Source: the human T2T-CHM13v2.0 reference genome, Homo sapiens
Direction: 5' to 3' (one strand)
Assembly (NCBI RefSeq): GCF_009914755.1
Contig: NC_060936.1
DNA length: 64,000 nucleotides
Below the pieces are notes generated by a model, which saw only the letters and a program-made list of their open reading frames with translations, was not told the DNA's origin and did not search any database. Of the stretch, positions 1-12,500 are shown in pieces; positions within the stretch are counted from its first letter, which is position 1; every line of letters begins with the position of its first letter. The translations under genes were made by a program, and so were the position numbers.

Positions 1-70
1 CCTCAGGTGATCCACCCTCCTCAGCCTCCCAAAATGCTAGGATTACAGGCGTGAGCCACCACACCCAGCC
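1..70 (-). mobile_element. Alu (5' end of left arm, cut by window edge)
   Basis: ...gattacaggcgtgagccaccacacccagcc. Confidence 0.95.
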
Positions 71-639
71 TCTTATGAGATTTTAAAGTTGAAAATCCCA
101 TAGATAGGAACCATGTCTACTTGAATGCCCCAAAAGCACCTGGACGTCAGCGTTCCTTGGACAATGTTAAATAACTCCAAATTATTAAAAAAAAAAAAAA
201 AAAGCAAGCACATTTACTTTTCTAAAGCAGAGGACATAGATTTCATATAGAGAATAAATATGTTGAGAAATTAGTCATTTTCTTAACTCACGTTCCATAT
301 GATTCTTTGGAAAACTTGGATGGCATTTGGGGTGATTCACGGGGAAGAATAATTAATGTGTCTTGTGTAATTTCTTCAAGTAGCTATTAAAAACACAACA
401 GAATAACACGTGTTTTTCCATTCTCTGAAAATGAAGAAATACAGAGCTGTTTTTACTCCAACTTTTCCAAAACAAATCACCTTCTGTGATGAAAAATGTT
501 GCCTTAAGGAGAGAAATTTTCAGGAAAATTATGAGCAAGTGAAAGAAAACAGAGCACCAAATAGAAGTCTTATTTAATGAGAACAAGAACCTCAACCAGC
601 AAGGCTAAGTCACTTCCAGCCTGTGTCACTCAGCTGTCT

Positions 640-850
640 CTCCTCTCATGAGCACTGGAGCCTGACAGACCTCAGTTCAAATCCAGCCATGCTTGATATT
701 GGCTGAATAACTGCAGAGGTCACTTCGCCTAAGCCTCAGTTTCCTCATCTGTAAAATGGGAGTGAAATGCCTTCCTCATGGGCTTCCGGAAAGATTACAT
801 GAGATTATGTACTTAAAGGGGACTATGTTATTATAAACTTTAAATAAGTT
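640..850 (+). mobile_element. MIR
   Basis: MIR core aagcctcagtttcctcatctgtaaaatggg. Confidence 0.75.
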
Positions 851-1546
851 TGTCGTTTCTTTGGTAGTACTCAACATGGGTAATCCCAATTAACATATAT
901 AACACTACCCGGCAAGGAATACTCTCTTGCTAGCGATGCCTACTGGAAAATTCTAGTCCCTAAAACTGAGATTTTAGGCCCCTCATTCCGGCATCTAACA
1001 GGACAGGAATTTGGTTTAAGAAGTAAAATTATTTTGTTTTCTCACTTTATCTATTGTTTGAAATGACATTGTCAAGTGTAAAAGAGGGGAAGGAAACCCA
1101 CATATTATATGCATGTCACAGGTGCATGTGGTGTGTAAGGTAGGTAAGGTAGAGAGAGGAAGGAGAGAGGAGTAGACTGAGAAAGACAGGAAAAGAGGAC
1201 TTCAACTTTATCTTCAAATTTTTAAATTTCAGGGGTGTAAAAATAGTTGAAGCAAGTAAAATAAAATGTTAACAGCAATTCAAGGCAGTGAGTACGTGGA
1301 TGTTTGTTCTGATATTCTCTGTACCTTTTGGCATTTTTCCAATATCAAAATCATTTCCAACTAAACAAATTATTAATGGTCATAACAGTAATGCATTTTT
1401 TTATGGAAAGAACTTCATCAATATCCTGACCACCCTAATAATTGGTATAAACTTGTATCCTGTTTCTTTTTCTTGTCTTTATACATGGGTAAAGTCACTA
1501 CAGAGTATAATGTATAATCCATTTCCATTTAGGAATATGCCAGGGT

Positions 1547-1842
1547 GGCCGGGTACAGTGGCTCACACCCGCAATCCCAACCCATTGGGAGGCCAAGGCG
1601 GGTGGATCTCTTGAGGCCAGGAATTTGAGACCGGCCTGGGCAATTATGACAAAACCTCATCTCTACAAAAAACACAATAATTAGCCAGGCATGGTGATGT
1701 GTGCTGTAGTCCCAGCTATTCAGGAGGCTGAGGTGGGAGGATTGCTTGAGCCCAGGAGGTTGACGCTGCAGTGAGACGTGATTGCTCCTCTGCATTCCAG
1801 CCTGGGTGACAAAGCAAGACCCCGTCTCAAAAAAAAAAAAAA
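1547..1842 (+). mobile_element. Alu (AluJ-like)
   Basis: Dimeric Alu with ggaggattgcttgagcccagg and an A tail. Confidence 0.95.
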
Positions 1843-4126
1843 TTGTAATATGCAAGGATGGCAGAGGAGCTGCCCAGGGAATGAGACAGAAATGAGATCA
1901 CTCACATACAAACAGTTTGACACCTACAGCCTCAAGTCTAGTCAGCTTCAGGGATTGTTGTTATTTTTTTGACCAGCTTGGTTTTTAAGTTTGCAAGCTC
2001 CCCATCATAACAGAATATCTTCCTGCTTTGGCTCTTTGGTTAGCTCTTCATCAGTCATAGATGATTGATTCATTCTACAGATGTGTATTGGGCACCTCTA
2101 CTTTCCAGGCCCTGCGCTAGGCCCAAGGACACCGAATAAGTCAGGCCAGGAGGCTGCCCTCACATAACTCATGGACAAACCTGAGTGATGGGCAGGTAAG
2201 CAGCCCATGAGAGGTCCTACAAGGTGATGAGGTGCAATGATGGAGCAAGACAGAGGGTGTGTGGGCACAGTGGTGGCTGGGGGATAAGGGAAGACTCCCC
2301 AGAAGAGGGGATAACTAGAAAGAATCTGGAAGGAAAGGGAAGAATTTGTTAACATTTAAAACTTGGGAGGTTATTTTGTTTTTAAATCCAGATGTTTGTC
2401 CTTATCTTAAAAAAATCAAAAGATCTGGCAGTACTTGGGAAGAGTCCTATAGGGCAGAAATTGGCCATACCTGAGTGGAAGACTGTTCCTGAGTGAGGTG
2501 CAGTGATCCTGCAGCCAAGCCCAGTCACACTCAACTGACACCATATGGGCCAGGGGCCTTCCCACGCCTGTGATTTCTCTCAGCTTTGGGGAAAGAGCAC
2601 ATTGGCTCCTCCAGGCAAAGGAAATGATTTGAGAGGTTCTGTCCAAGCCTCTTCCAGAGCCAAGATTGATTTCAGACTTTACCCTTTGGGAATAATCCAG
2701 AGCTCTTGCCTCTAGGCCATGCCCACTGCCTCAAGCCGGAGAAGTCTACCTAATGGTGATCTTGGGCACCGTGGAAGCCAGTCGGGGAGATGGCTTAGGG
2801 TGAGCAGTTAATTTGGTTCTTTTTAGATAATACCTCAGAGCCCACTTCCTTCCCTATGGCCTCACAGAGATTTGTTCCTGGGCAAATGAGGAGAGGAAAG
2901 AGGATAGTTAACCTCTCACACCCATGTGAGCTGAAGGGAGGTGATATTCAAGGAGGGTGGCCAAGAGATGCCTCGATCCCTTATTGATAGAAAGCCTACA
3001 GAGTAAAATTGTCATACCCTCAAACCTAATGAGATATTTTGTCGCTGTGTGTGCTGTTAAATGGTAACTACCTACCAGGCATTATTCCAGCATGGACCAT
3101 TTGATCCTTACGAGAACCCTGGGAGGGAGGCTTTCTAACCAGTATTTTAGAAATGAGCAACTGAAGCTCAGAGAGTACATGTGGCTTGTCCAGGGTCAGG
3201 ACCTGGTTGTCTAACTTAGAGACCTAAGATCTTCCTACTAATAACCACAGTCAACTGCCACCAACTCCTGGGAACCTCGAGATATCAGCCTAGGAAGATA
3301 CCTCAAACTTGGAAAAAGTTTCATTATGTACAAAATTCACCCCAGGACTGTGTATACTATTAGAGAAGCTTTACGTCATATTGTCATATTTTATGTCATC
3401 TAATACTGCCTGGCCCAGTGTGGGCCCTTCAACAAACACCTTTCAGATGAAGAAAAAGGAAATAAAGAAATGATGGGCTTTAACTGTTGAAGGAGGTAAA
3501 GTATATCTCCGGTTACTCGGAGTATTTGATGCCCTTTATCAAGCGCACTAAAGAAGAGTTTGTGATCATATCTTAAGGGCTTGCTATAATATTATAGGAA
3601 AAAGCAAGGTGCACAATTTATGTATTATATGATCCCAATTATGTTCAAACAAACACATTTCGTGTGGACAAAAAATGCAAGAAAATGTGACATAAGAATT
3701 TACAGTCACTGTATTTGGCTGTTAGACCAATGAAGATTTAATTTTTTCTTCTTTCCTATTTTCCATACTTTCAGTTGTAAGTGTGGATCATTTTATAATA
3801 AAAAGGAAACAATATATTTAAAAGAAAACCTGACTTTTCAGAATTCCAGTCTCAGACAATGAAGACACGGAACTGGAGCATACTGAGAAAAGTGGCCCAG
3901 CCAAACAGCCAGTCCAGCAAGTAGGTGCCAGGCAAGGGGCAGCTGCTCTGGGTCAAGGGCTCACAGGAGACAGCAGAGTGGACACCAGGGACATTTGCAA
4001 GGGAGAAGAATGTTTTTTGTCAGGGTATGGTGCAGAAAGGGCCTGGGGCTAGGCAGGAGTGGGTGGCCACAGTGACACACATGGAGTAAACAGACAGGCA
4101 TTTATTGAGCACCTACCTCATGCTAC

Positions 4127-4663
4127 TGTTAGGGAAACAGGAACCTAGGAAAGCCAGAGTGATACCGTTTTAAAAATCACCTCCATCTTAAAACTAGCAG
4201 GCACATTCTTTGCCAGTCATATGGTCATAAGATAGTTACAACTGAGGAAACAGCTTAAAGATGCCTCCAAGGACACACTCCTGCAACTACAGAAAGTCCA
4301 GATGTCCCAATACCCATAACAAGTTGTGCTTTTAGGATAATTACAGTTACGCTTCAATCTATGTACACACTAACATGTCAAGAATAGTTTTCTTTAAATC
4401 AATAGAACAATCAATTTTGTCATGCTGTCTGCTCACCACACGTAGACAGAGCTTAGTTTAGTCTTTACATAGACAAGACCCCATATGAGAAAAATTTAAA
4501 GACAGTGCGTTCCTCCACTTGCTTTCTGAGGATGCCCTACTCTGTAACAGAATAGCTTTCCATGAACTACCTCTTCTCACTGCACTCTGCGACTCACCTT
4601 GAATTCCTTCCTGTGTAAGATCCAAGAACCCTCTCTTGGATCAAGACCCCTTTTCCAGTAACA
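4127..4663 (+). mobile_element. MER41-family (ERV1) solo LTR, inserted in an L2/MIR fragment
   Basis: TG...CA ends (tgttagggaaacagg...ttttccagtaaca), ~537 bp, MER41-type 3' end gatccaagaaccctctcttgg. Confidence 0.75.
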
Positions 4664-6739
4664 CAATTATGTTCTCACTGGGCATTGATGATGTATGGGC
4701 ACTGTGCCCATATTATCTCATTTAATCCACACTACAATACTGTAAGTTTTATTGTTTCAGTTTGACAGATTACAAAATAACTGCTTTGGAGTCATTTTAG
4801 AGGGGGGAAAAATGCCTGAGAATTGATTGGCAGTGGGAATTCCCAGACCTAATTGTCTGTCAGATCCCTGGGATACTTTTTTACAGCACAGAGACATCAC
4901 ACAGCTAGCAAAAGTAATATTGTCATTAAAACAGCACCATGTAAAATGTAAAATGGAAAAAAAAAAGCCACTTCTCAGAAACTGACTTCAAAGTTATTTT
5001 TCAGAAATTAGAAAAAATAACATAGAAACGAGGCAGGAAAATCACAATTAATCCAAAGTGAAGACATGGAAGGTCCAGGGCTCAGCCAAAGGAGGTAGAA
5101 ATGGTCAATTTATTGCAATTATGCACATTTTCCATCTCTTAATCCAGATGCAGTCTGTCATTTTACTGGCTTGTCAACCTTTAGACAACTTGACCCTGTT
5201 CTTCATTTATTCAGTCATCTCTCCAGCCCCAGCACTCTAGCCAGGGGAAAGCATATGGCCCCGCTAACTCATTTTTTTTTTTCCTGGGGCTCCTCTGTTT
5301 GCATTTCATTGCCCAAGGAGCTGTTCATTTCTCTATATGGTTACTTTTCATTTTCTAGTATCCCTCAATTCCATGTTTTGTCCACCACCCCAGGAGCACA
5401 CACTTTGGAATCAGCCTAAAGTTTGGTTTTAAGCCCAGCAGGGCCATAAACTTCCATAGTTGCCTTGGATATTTGAGCTCCTAGAGCCTTGGTTTCCCGG
5501 GCTATAAAATGAGAAGATGGGAATAACAAAATTACTATTTTTTGCATTAAGTAAATAAGATTATGTATGTTAAGTAACCAGCATATAGTAAGCACTCAAT
5601 AAATACTGGCTTTGTCCCCCTGACACCATGTGTGATACACATATCATTGCTGTAGCTCGGGATACCTTACTAGTTATCATTCAAAGTGCCACAAAAGATT
5701 ACAAGTACTTTAAGACTTAGGGAAAAGAAAGGGGGAAATATTTCTCAAAACATAAATAGAAAAGCAACGTTTTCTCTTTTAAAATATCAGAATTGGGAAT
5801 CGTAAGAAACATAACTGGAAATGGAGTTGAATATGAATCCAGAACCTAAAGGCAGTGAGTTCTGCAAAAAGAAATCTGTGTCCCTTTGCTTAACTAAGCT
5901 TTTTCTAAGCTTATTTGACCACAGAAGCTTTTGTCAAGTAGTACCCATTAATTTCCAAGGAATTCGCATGACTTTAAAACACTTTTGGAACTGTTGCTAA
6001 TTATTTTAAGAATATTTGTAGCTATCACTGGTCAAGACGACCCTGTGCTTTAGGTATTTCAACAACCTCATCTGTGCTCACACATACACTGGAGCCATTG
6101 TTGTCCATATGAGGAAACAGTCTCTAAGGAGTAGCTCAACCTCACACAGGCAGGACAGCAGCAGGTCTATAGCCGAGTTTACCAATTCTGAAGTCTGCAG
6201 CATTTCCCCCCATACCATCTCCCTCTCAATTGTGTCTAATTTCCACCCCCTTCTTCTGAAGCTAAGCTGTAGCTACTCTGTCTTTAAGTTCTATTGAATC
6301 AAGCACTTTTACCAAAATGTTGTGATTACACTGATGTAGAGAGTGTGCCTTGGTCAGCAAATAAGCACCATGAATCTCTCAACATCGTCCAGACTTCCTC
6401 TCCCTCCGGACCTTTCTTTCCCAGACCATCCCATAGACATGCTTCCGGAAACACTTAATTGGAGTCTCTAGGAGCAATCACAGTGGAGGTGGAATTCTGG
6501 TTGTCTTAGTGTAATCAAGTCCTGATTTTTTCTTCAGTGTGTGACCAGAGTAGGAGTCAGAAACTGGGTTCTTACCCAGCTCCATCTCAGTCACGGGTAT
6601 GTCCTTGAGCAAATCCTCAAAACTCCTGCTCCCTAAAATTCTGATGTACCAGCTAGAAAGGGGTATACCAGATAGCTAACTTTTGGGCTTCCCAGCAAGC
6701 ACATAAATGATGACATAATCTGGATTTGCAATTTCATAG

Positions 6740-6940
6740 GGATTTAGGTTCTGAAGTCTAACTGCTTGGGTTGAAATCCTGGCTCTACCACTCACTGTGT
6801 GACCGTAGGCAAGTTACTTAACCTCTCTGTTCTTTACTTCACTTATCTCTCAAATGGGGTTAAATCACAGAATTTAATTTGAAGAGTACAGTGATTAAAA
6901 CAGTGGCTGGCACATTCTAAGTGCTTGATAAATGTTATTA
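6740..6940 (+). mobile_element. MIR
   Basis: gaaatcctggctctaccactcactgtgtgaccgtaggcaagttacttaacctctctg. Confidence 0.8.
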
Positions 6941-8097
6941 TTATTAACCTTAGCTTGTGGCTCAGTGCTGCCTAAGAGGTTAGAAATCCCCAAATGTCCT
7001 GGTTCCTGAGCAGAGATGACCCCTCACCCACAGAGCTCATTCTCTCCCGGCTTCTCTTGCCCCTCCTCCACACTCCTCTCCACTCCCCACACCCTCCCTT
7101 CTCAGCCTCAGAGTCCCTCAAAGAAGAGTCCCCAAGGAGTGTAAATGGAAGCCGCCCTGCCTGAGGGGAGAGAGGCCGACCTCACACAGCTGGACCAGGC
7201 TCACAGTGACCAACTGAGGCATGCAAGGTCGGGCCAGCAGTGGGGTCACCTGAGAAATTGGCCGGGTCACCAGCCCATTCATGGCCACCTGGCGTCCTGC
7301 CCATCTCTGACCCTCAGGGCCCCCAGGGCTATTGTGAGGACGAAGTCCTCCTGCTCGGCTGGGCGTAGCCCTTTGGACACCACAGAGGCCCTGGTTGCCC
7401 AGAGCTGCCCCTAGAAGGGGCTCACACACGTCGGCGGGGGGCCTCATTCCTGCATCTGGACTCAGAGAAGAGCCAGAGGGGGGAGGGGGAACCGAGAGGG
7501 GGGTGGGCAACCGCTGGGATTTCTGCCACCAGTTGGACTCTTTACGATGAAGGGCAAGCACTGAGGAAAGAAACTGCCCAGCTCAAACACAGCTCCCTCA
7601 CAGTGCCAACCTGCGTGGGTGCCAGCCACCAAGCCCCTCCACACCTCAGCTTGCTGAGAGAATGGGATGAAACAATGTGTGGAAAACTTAGAAAACAAGA
7701 GAAACTCACAATAAATCTCAGCTATTATTACCAAAAAAATTCCCTTATTCCTCACCACAATGCTCTGAGGTAGAAAATGTTCTATTTCCTGATGAGGAAA
7801 CTGAGGCTCACAGAGCTCCTACATTTGGGGGTCTGGGTTCAAACGCAGCTCTGACCCCCAAGTCTGTGCCTTCACCACAGCACCCTCTGCCCTGGGGTTC
7901 CAGGCGGCCACTCTCCAGCACATTCTCCTCTGGTAGAGACAAAAGCTACAGGGTTTGTCCATTCAGCCAGTATCCGGGCTGTGCCAGGCACTGTCTCAGG
8001 GGTCCGGGGTGTAGTGGGGGGCAACAGATGCCGTGTCTACACTGAGAAGCTTACAGGAGTGAGGAAGCGTCATTCCTACGTGAAGGGAATGCTCTAA

Positions 8098-8292
8098 AGC
8101 TGTGCCATCCAATATGGAAGCCACTTGCCACAGGGGGCTTATGAACTGACTTTGAATTAATTGAAATTAAACAAATGAATAATCCAAGTCTTCCATCACA
8201 CCAACCAAGTGCCCAGCAACCCATGTGGCTGGTGGCTGCATACTGGACAGCGCAAACAGAGAGCATTTCCATCATGGCCGACGCTTCCACTA
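8098..8292. mobile_element. MER3/MER33-like hAT-Charlie fossil
   Basis: gctgtgccatccaatatggaagccact...ccatgtggctggtggctgcatactggacagcgc. Confidence 0.7.
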
Positions 8293-8519
8293 GAGGGTGT
8301 TGCTCAAGAGGAAAGGAATCAAAACTAGGAGCCCTGGGGACTCAGACACTTAGAGGCTCCCCTGAGGAAATGGCATTGGAGCCAGAACTGAAGGATAGGG
8401 AAATCAAGTAGAGGAAGGTTGGGGAAGGGCAGGAAAGCCCTGTAGGCAGGAGAAACAGTACCCATAAAGGCCAGCGGTAGCAGGGCTCCCCTGCAACTGG
8501 AATGAAGAGAGAGAGAGAG

Positions 8520-8730
8520 TGGAGTGCTTCAGTGCCCAGGCTCCCCAGGGCTGGCTGCCTGGGTTTGAATCCCAGCCCTGGCTCTTCCAAGCTGAGGGCC
8601 CTTGGATAAGTTACGTGACTTCTCTGTACCTCACTGTCTCCCCCTGTCAAATGAGGATAATGATAGTACCTCCCTCCCAGGCTTGCTCTGATGATTGAAA
8701 TAGCCCAGCACATGTTTAGCACTGGACGTG
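8520..8730 (+). mobile_element. MIR inserted in L2
   Basis: ctgggtttgaatcccagc...ccttggataagttac...ctgtcaaatgaggataatgatagtacct. Confidence 0.75.
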
Positions 8731-10516
8731 TGTTTGTTGTTACAATTGCTGGCCCAAGATGAGGTCGAAGAAGTAGGCAGAAGTCAGATTGTGCAGGCTT
8801 TGTGGGCCGTGGAAAGAATCTGGTCTTTATCCTAAAAGCAAAAAGAAGCCTGAAAAGTTTTAAGCATAGAGGCCAGAGGGTGGCTGGTGGAGAACCACAG
8901 CCCACCTGAAGGCTGCAGTGGCCGTGCAACACGAGCCAGGCGCTGGGGTGTACGATAGTGGACCCAGCATCGCCAGGCCTTCCAAGAGGCTGGAAATTCA
9001 TATATATATTTTTTTTTACATAAAAATCTCCTAACATTTTAAAGTAGGCCTCTTATTCCCAAATTTTTAAGTACCTTACGGAAAAAACCAGGCATCTGCT
9101 AGGACATCTGGTTTACCCCACAATCTGCAGCTCCTCAAACCTCAATAAACCAAAGTCCATAATTAAAGTCATATTGCCAGATGAGCCAGGTGGCTCCAAA
9201 AAGAAACCAATGGACCGCCTGGAACAAAAATGGCACATCAAAAAAGCTGCCAAATTAAATCTGAACCAAATTGCTACATAATTGGGCTGGAGGATCTCAG
9301 TGCCTGAGTAGAAGGGCCCATGGATAAAAGCATAAACAAGCTGCACAGCCTTTTTCTTTTTTAAGTTTGTGGTGATAAAAAGAAAATATATGAAAACCTG
9401 TATTCTCTTCACTCTGAGGTTGTGAAATGAATTTTTTCTCCATCTCTTCACAGAGTCTGGGTCAATCCTTTCACCTGAAAAAAATATAGGCAGCAGGTGT
9501 TCATTTGGGGAGTCTATGGTCCGTGTCATTTCCTGGTTCCAGATTATAAAACAAAACCACTTCATTAGGACATAGTATTGAGTGACAGAGCAGGAGAGGG
9601 CATAAGAGGAAAGACTGATTCGACGAAATGAAATGCTTGAATGAGAAAGCCTTATGCCTGAGCAAGAATCAAGTATTTTAGGTTTTCATTCTTCAGATCT
9701 TCACTTTCATTAACCATTGCTTTTTCATAAAGGTTTTTCTTCCCAAAATATTGAGTATTTAACATGGGCCTGGAGCTCTAGGAGAACTGGTAGTATTTAT
9801 TAGTTCTCCTCTGGTTGACGGAATATGCATCCTTTCACCTAAAAAATACAGGCAGCAGGTGTTCATTTGGGGGTCTATGGTCCACGCCACATGCATCCAG
9901 TCAGAGAACTAGTGAATACATCGGTGATTGCTGTTACGCCAGATTAAGGGAGAGACCCCGCTAAGCAATTGTTCTAGGTGATAAAACATTTGTAACAAAG
10001 ACAATGAGGAAAAATCATGACAGGTTTTTGCATGTTATTCTCCCTCCCCAGTCCAGTCCTCTAATCAGGAAGGAAAAGTGGGCACTGGGTTTCTAAGGGA
10101 AGATTTTTTTGAATACTGAGAGAGTGCTTCAGAAGAAAGAAGCTTCTAACTCTTTCTCTAATACTGGACCTCCAAGGATTAAGCTTAGGAAAGTGCCATT
10201 TAGAAAGACTGGATTGCTTCTAAGGAGGGTGGGGTATTTTATTGGGTGAAGTATGTCGGTTTGGGCTAGCACTGAACTGAGCTGAGAGTGGAGCTGAGGC
10301 TCAGGGTTGCCAGGAGATTTAAACTCCTTTCCATTCTCCTCCAATCACCCCAACACTTCCTGCAGGTGGATGATGGAGAGGTAGGTTATCCACTGGCTTA
10401 GGGTGCCTGTTTGCCTCAGTCCAGCTTTGAGAGAATGGAGCGTAGAGTTACGATACAGAGACATACGCAGAATGCTCCCAGGTCCTAGATCAAGGATGTC
10501 TATCTGAGTCATACTA

Positions 10517-10870
10517 GAGCAGAGTTATTAACCTACAGCCTGTAGATAGAATTTAGGGGCTCCTTGAACATAGAAGAGAAAAAGATTGTCTTAATGTTTG
10601 CTAACCTTTAAGTGAAATGAAACACACTCTTCTATTATGAATGTAGGCAACAAACCTCAGTGGTATTAACAGTACCTGTGACTTTGCCATAAACTGTAAT
10701 CACAGATATTGTCATATCGTATTTCATTGGTGGCAGAAACCTTGAAATAACATTGAAGTGCATTATTACATGAAAACCATGGCAGTTATTAGACCTGCTG
10801 CTGGATATTGTTATATAATGCATTAATAATGAAGCATATGTATTACTATACCACTAATTCAATTTTGTTA
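10517..10870 (+). mobile_element. hAT-Charlie fossil (Charlie4-like)
   Basis: gatagaatttagggg...tatgaatgtaggcaacaaacctcagtggtattaacagtacctgtgactttg; a second family member sits at ~18200. Confidence 0.6.
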
Positions 10871-11476
10871 CAATATAGTTCAAGACATAAAAAGATTAAA
10901 GGCCTATGAACTAGGGGATCCAAGCACAGTCTTTTGAATGACTGTTTGCTTGAGTTTAAAGGGCATGAAATAAACCAGGCAAAGGAAAGGGGTAAGAGGA
11001 TGGCATTTCAGGCTAGGGAATAGCATTTGTAAAAGCACAGGCTTTGCAGACACTGTAATTGTTGTGGCTGCTGAGAGCCTCTTAAGCTGAAGGGAGTTGA
11101 GGGGCTTGGGAGTGTGGGTGGAAGCCCATTCAGCCTGGGCCTCGCCATCACAGAGGGCCCCAGATTCAGACCGGACCCTAATCATCAAATGAGATGATAT
11201 AAACACTGAACTTTTAATGTGTGTGCTAAAAAGTGTTAGTTAACCAAAACATTTATGCCACAATTTTCCTAACCCTATGTTGGCATGCCCTCATTGTTCC
11301 TCAGGGAACCGCTAGCCCAGGCATCTTTTGACTTCTAAGGGAGTAAACTTGGCCAAGAGGGAAAGATTTACTGGAGGTGGGGAAAGACTTGAGTCAGCAA
11401 AGTAAACAAGAGTCAGGATTCCATCTTGAAAATTGTGTGTGTGTGTTTTAAGTTTGTACCCAAATGATATAATCAG

Positions 11477-11940
11477 TGTAGGGCTCATTTGCTGATTTCC
11501 CTACCCAAACTGCTCATTTCCACTCCCTTTCTTCTGGCAATAGTAGTGCAGATTTCTTTTGGAGAACTACCTTTCTACAACAATTAGAGGTAGGAAGGAG
11601 GGACATGTGACGTAGAGCCGGCCAATCAGAGCACAGAATTCCTGAAGCCACAGTGATTGGCTTAGAAGTAAATCCATCAGAATAATTCTATTCTCTGACT
11701 ATAGGGAGTGCTTCCAGGATAGATATTCACTCAAGCTGGTTCAACCAGAGTAAATCTTGGGATTTGTGTGGGCACTATTGATGAAAAGATGGTTTTTTTA
11801 GGCTGGATTGTACCTAGGAGGGCTTAAGCCTAGAGAAAGTAGCTATCTTGCTACCATATAAAGGCTGAGAATGAAATCAAACATAGCAGAGTCAAGAGAT
11901 GAAGAAAGATGGGGTCCTGATGCTACTGCACCTCCAGATA
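11477..11940. mobile_element. Old ERVL/MaLR LTR (LTR16/MLT1K-like)
   Basis: ggacatgtgac...ggccaatcagagc...gccacagtgattggc. Confidence 0.55.
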
Positions 11941-12079
11941 CAGCTAGGCCAGATCACCGCTGGACTGGGGCCAATCACATCTGGTTTTAGAAAGAGCATG
12001 CCATCTGCTGGGAGAGGAATGATCAGGGATATCCTGCAGTAGAAGCAGGAAGACCCAGAACTTCAAATCTGGAGACTGT

Positions 12080-12500
12080 ACAAGTCCATTTTCCTTAGGT
12101 AAGGCTGCAGTAATGAACAGTCCCAAGCTTCCAATGGCTTACAACAACAAAGGCTTATTTTTCGCTCACATTGCATGTTGGCTGCAGGTTGGGTCTGGCT
12201 CTGCGACTCCACTCCAGATGTCTATTGCATTCCAGGATCCAGGCTGGAGAGCAGCTCCTATCTTAGTCTCATGGCAGAAAGTAACGGAACAGTATCGGAA
12301 CCACACAATGGCTCTTAAAGCTTCTGCTGAATGGTGGCTCTGTCACATCTGCCCACAGTCCACTGACGAAAGCAAGTCCATGGCCAAACCCAACATCAAT
12401 GGGAAGCACTGAAAGTTATGTGGCCATGGGCAGTAATGCACAATCCTCTTACGAGAAGGGTAGTGGCTAACTGGAAACAATAATATGATCCACTGCCAAG
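12080..12500. mobile_element. MLT1 (MaLR) LTR
   Basis: ggctgcagtaatgaacag...caatggcttacaacaacaaaggcttatttttcgctcac. Confidence 0.65.

Noticed and set aside
4127-4663. MER41 LTR as an interferon-inducible (STAT1) enhancer
   Set aside because: I see no tandem TTCNGGGAA GAS motifs of the MER41B type in this copy
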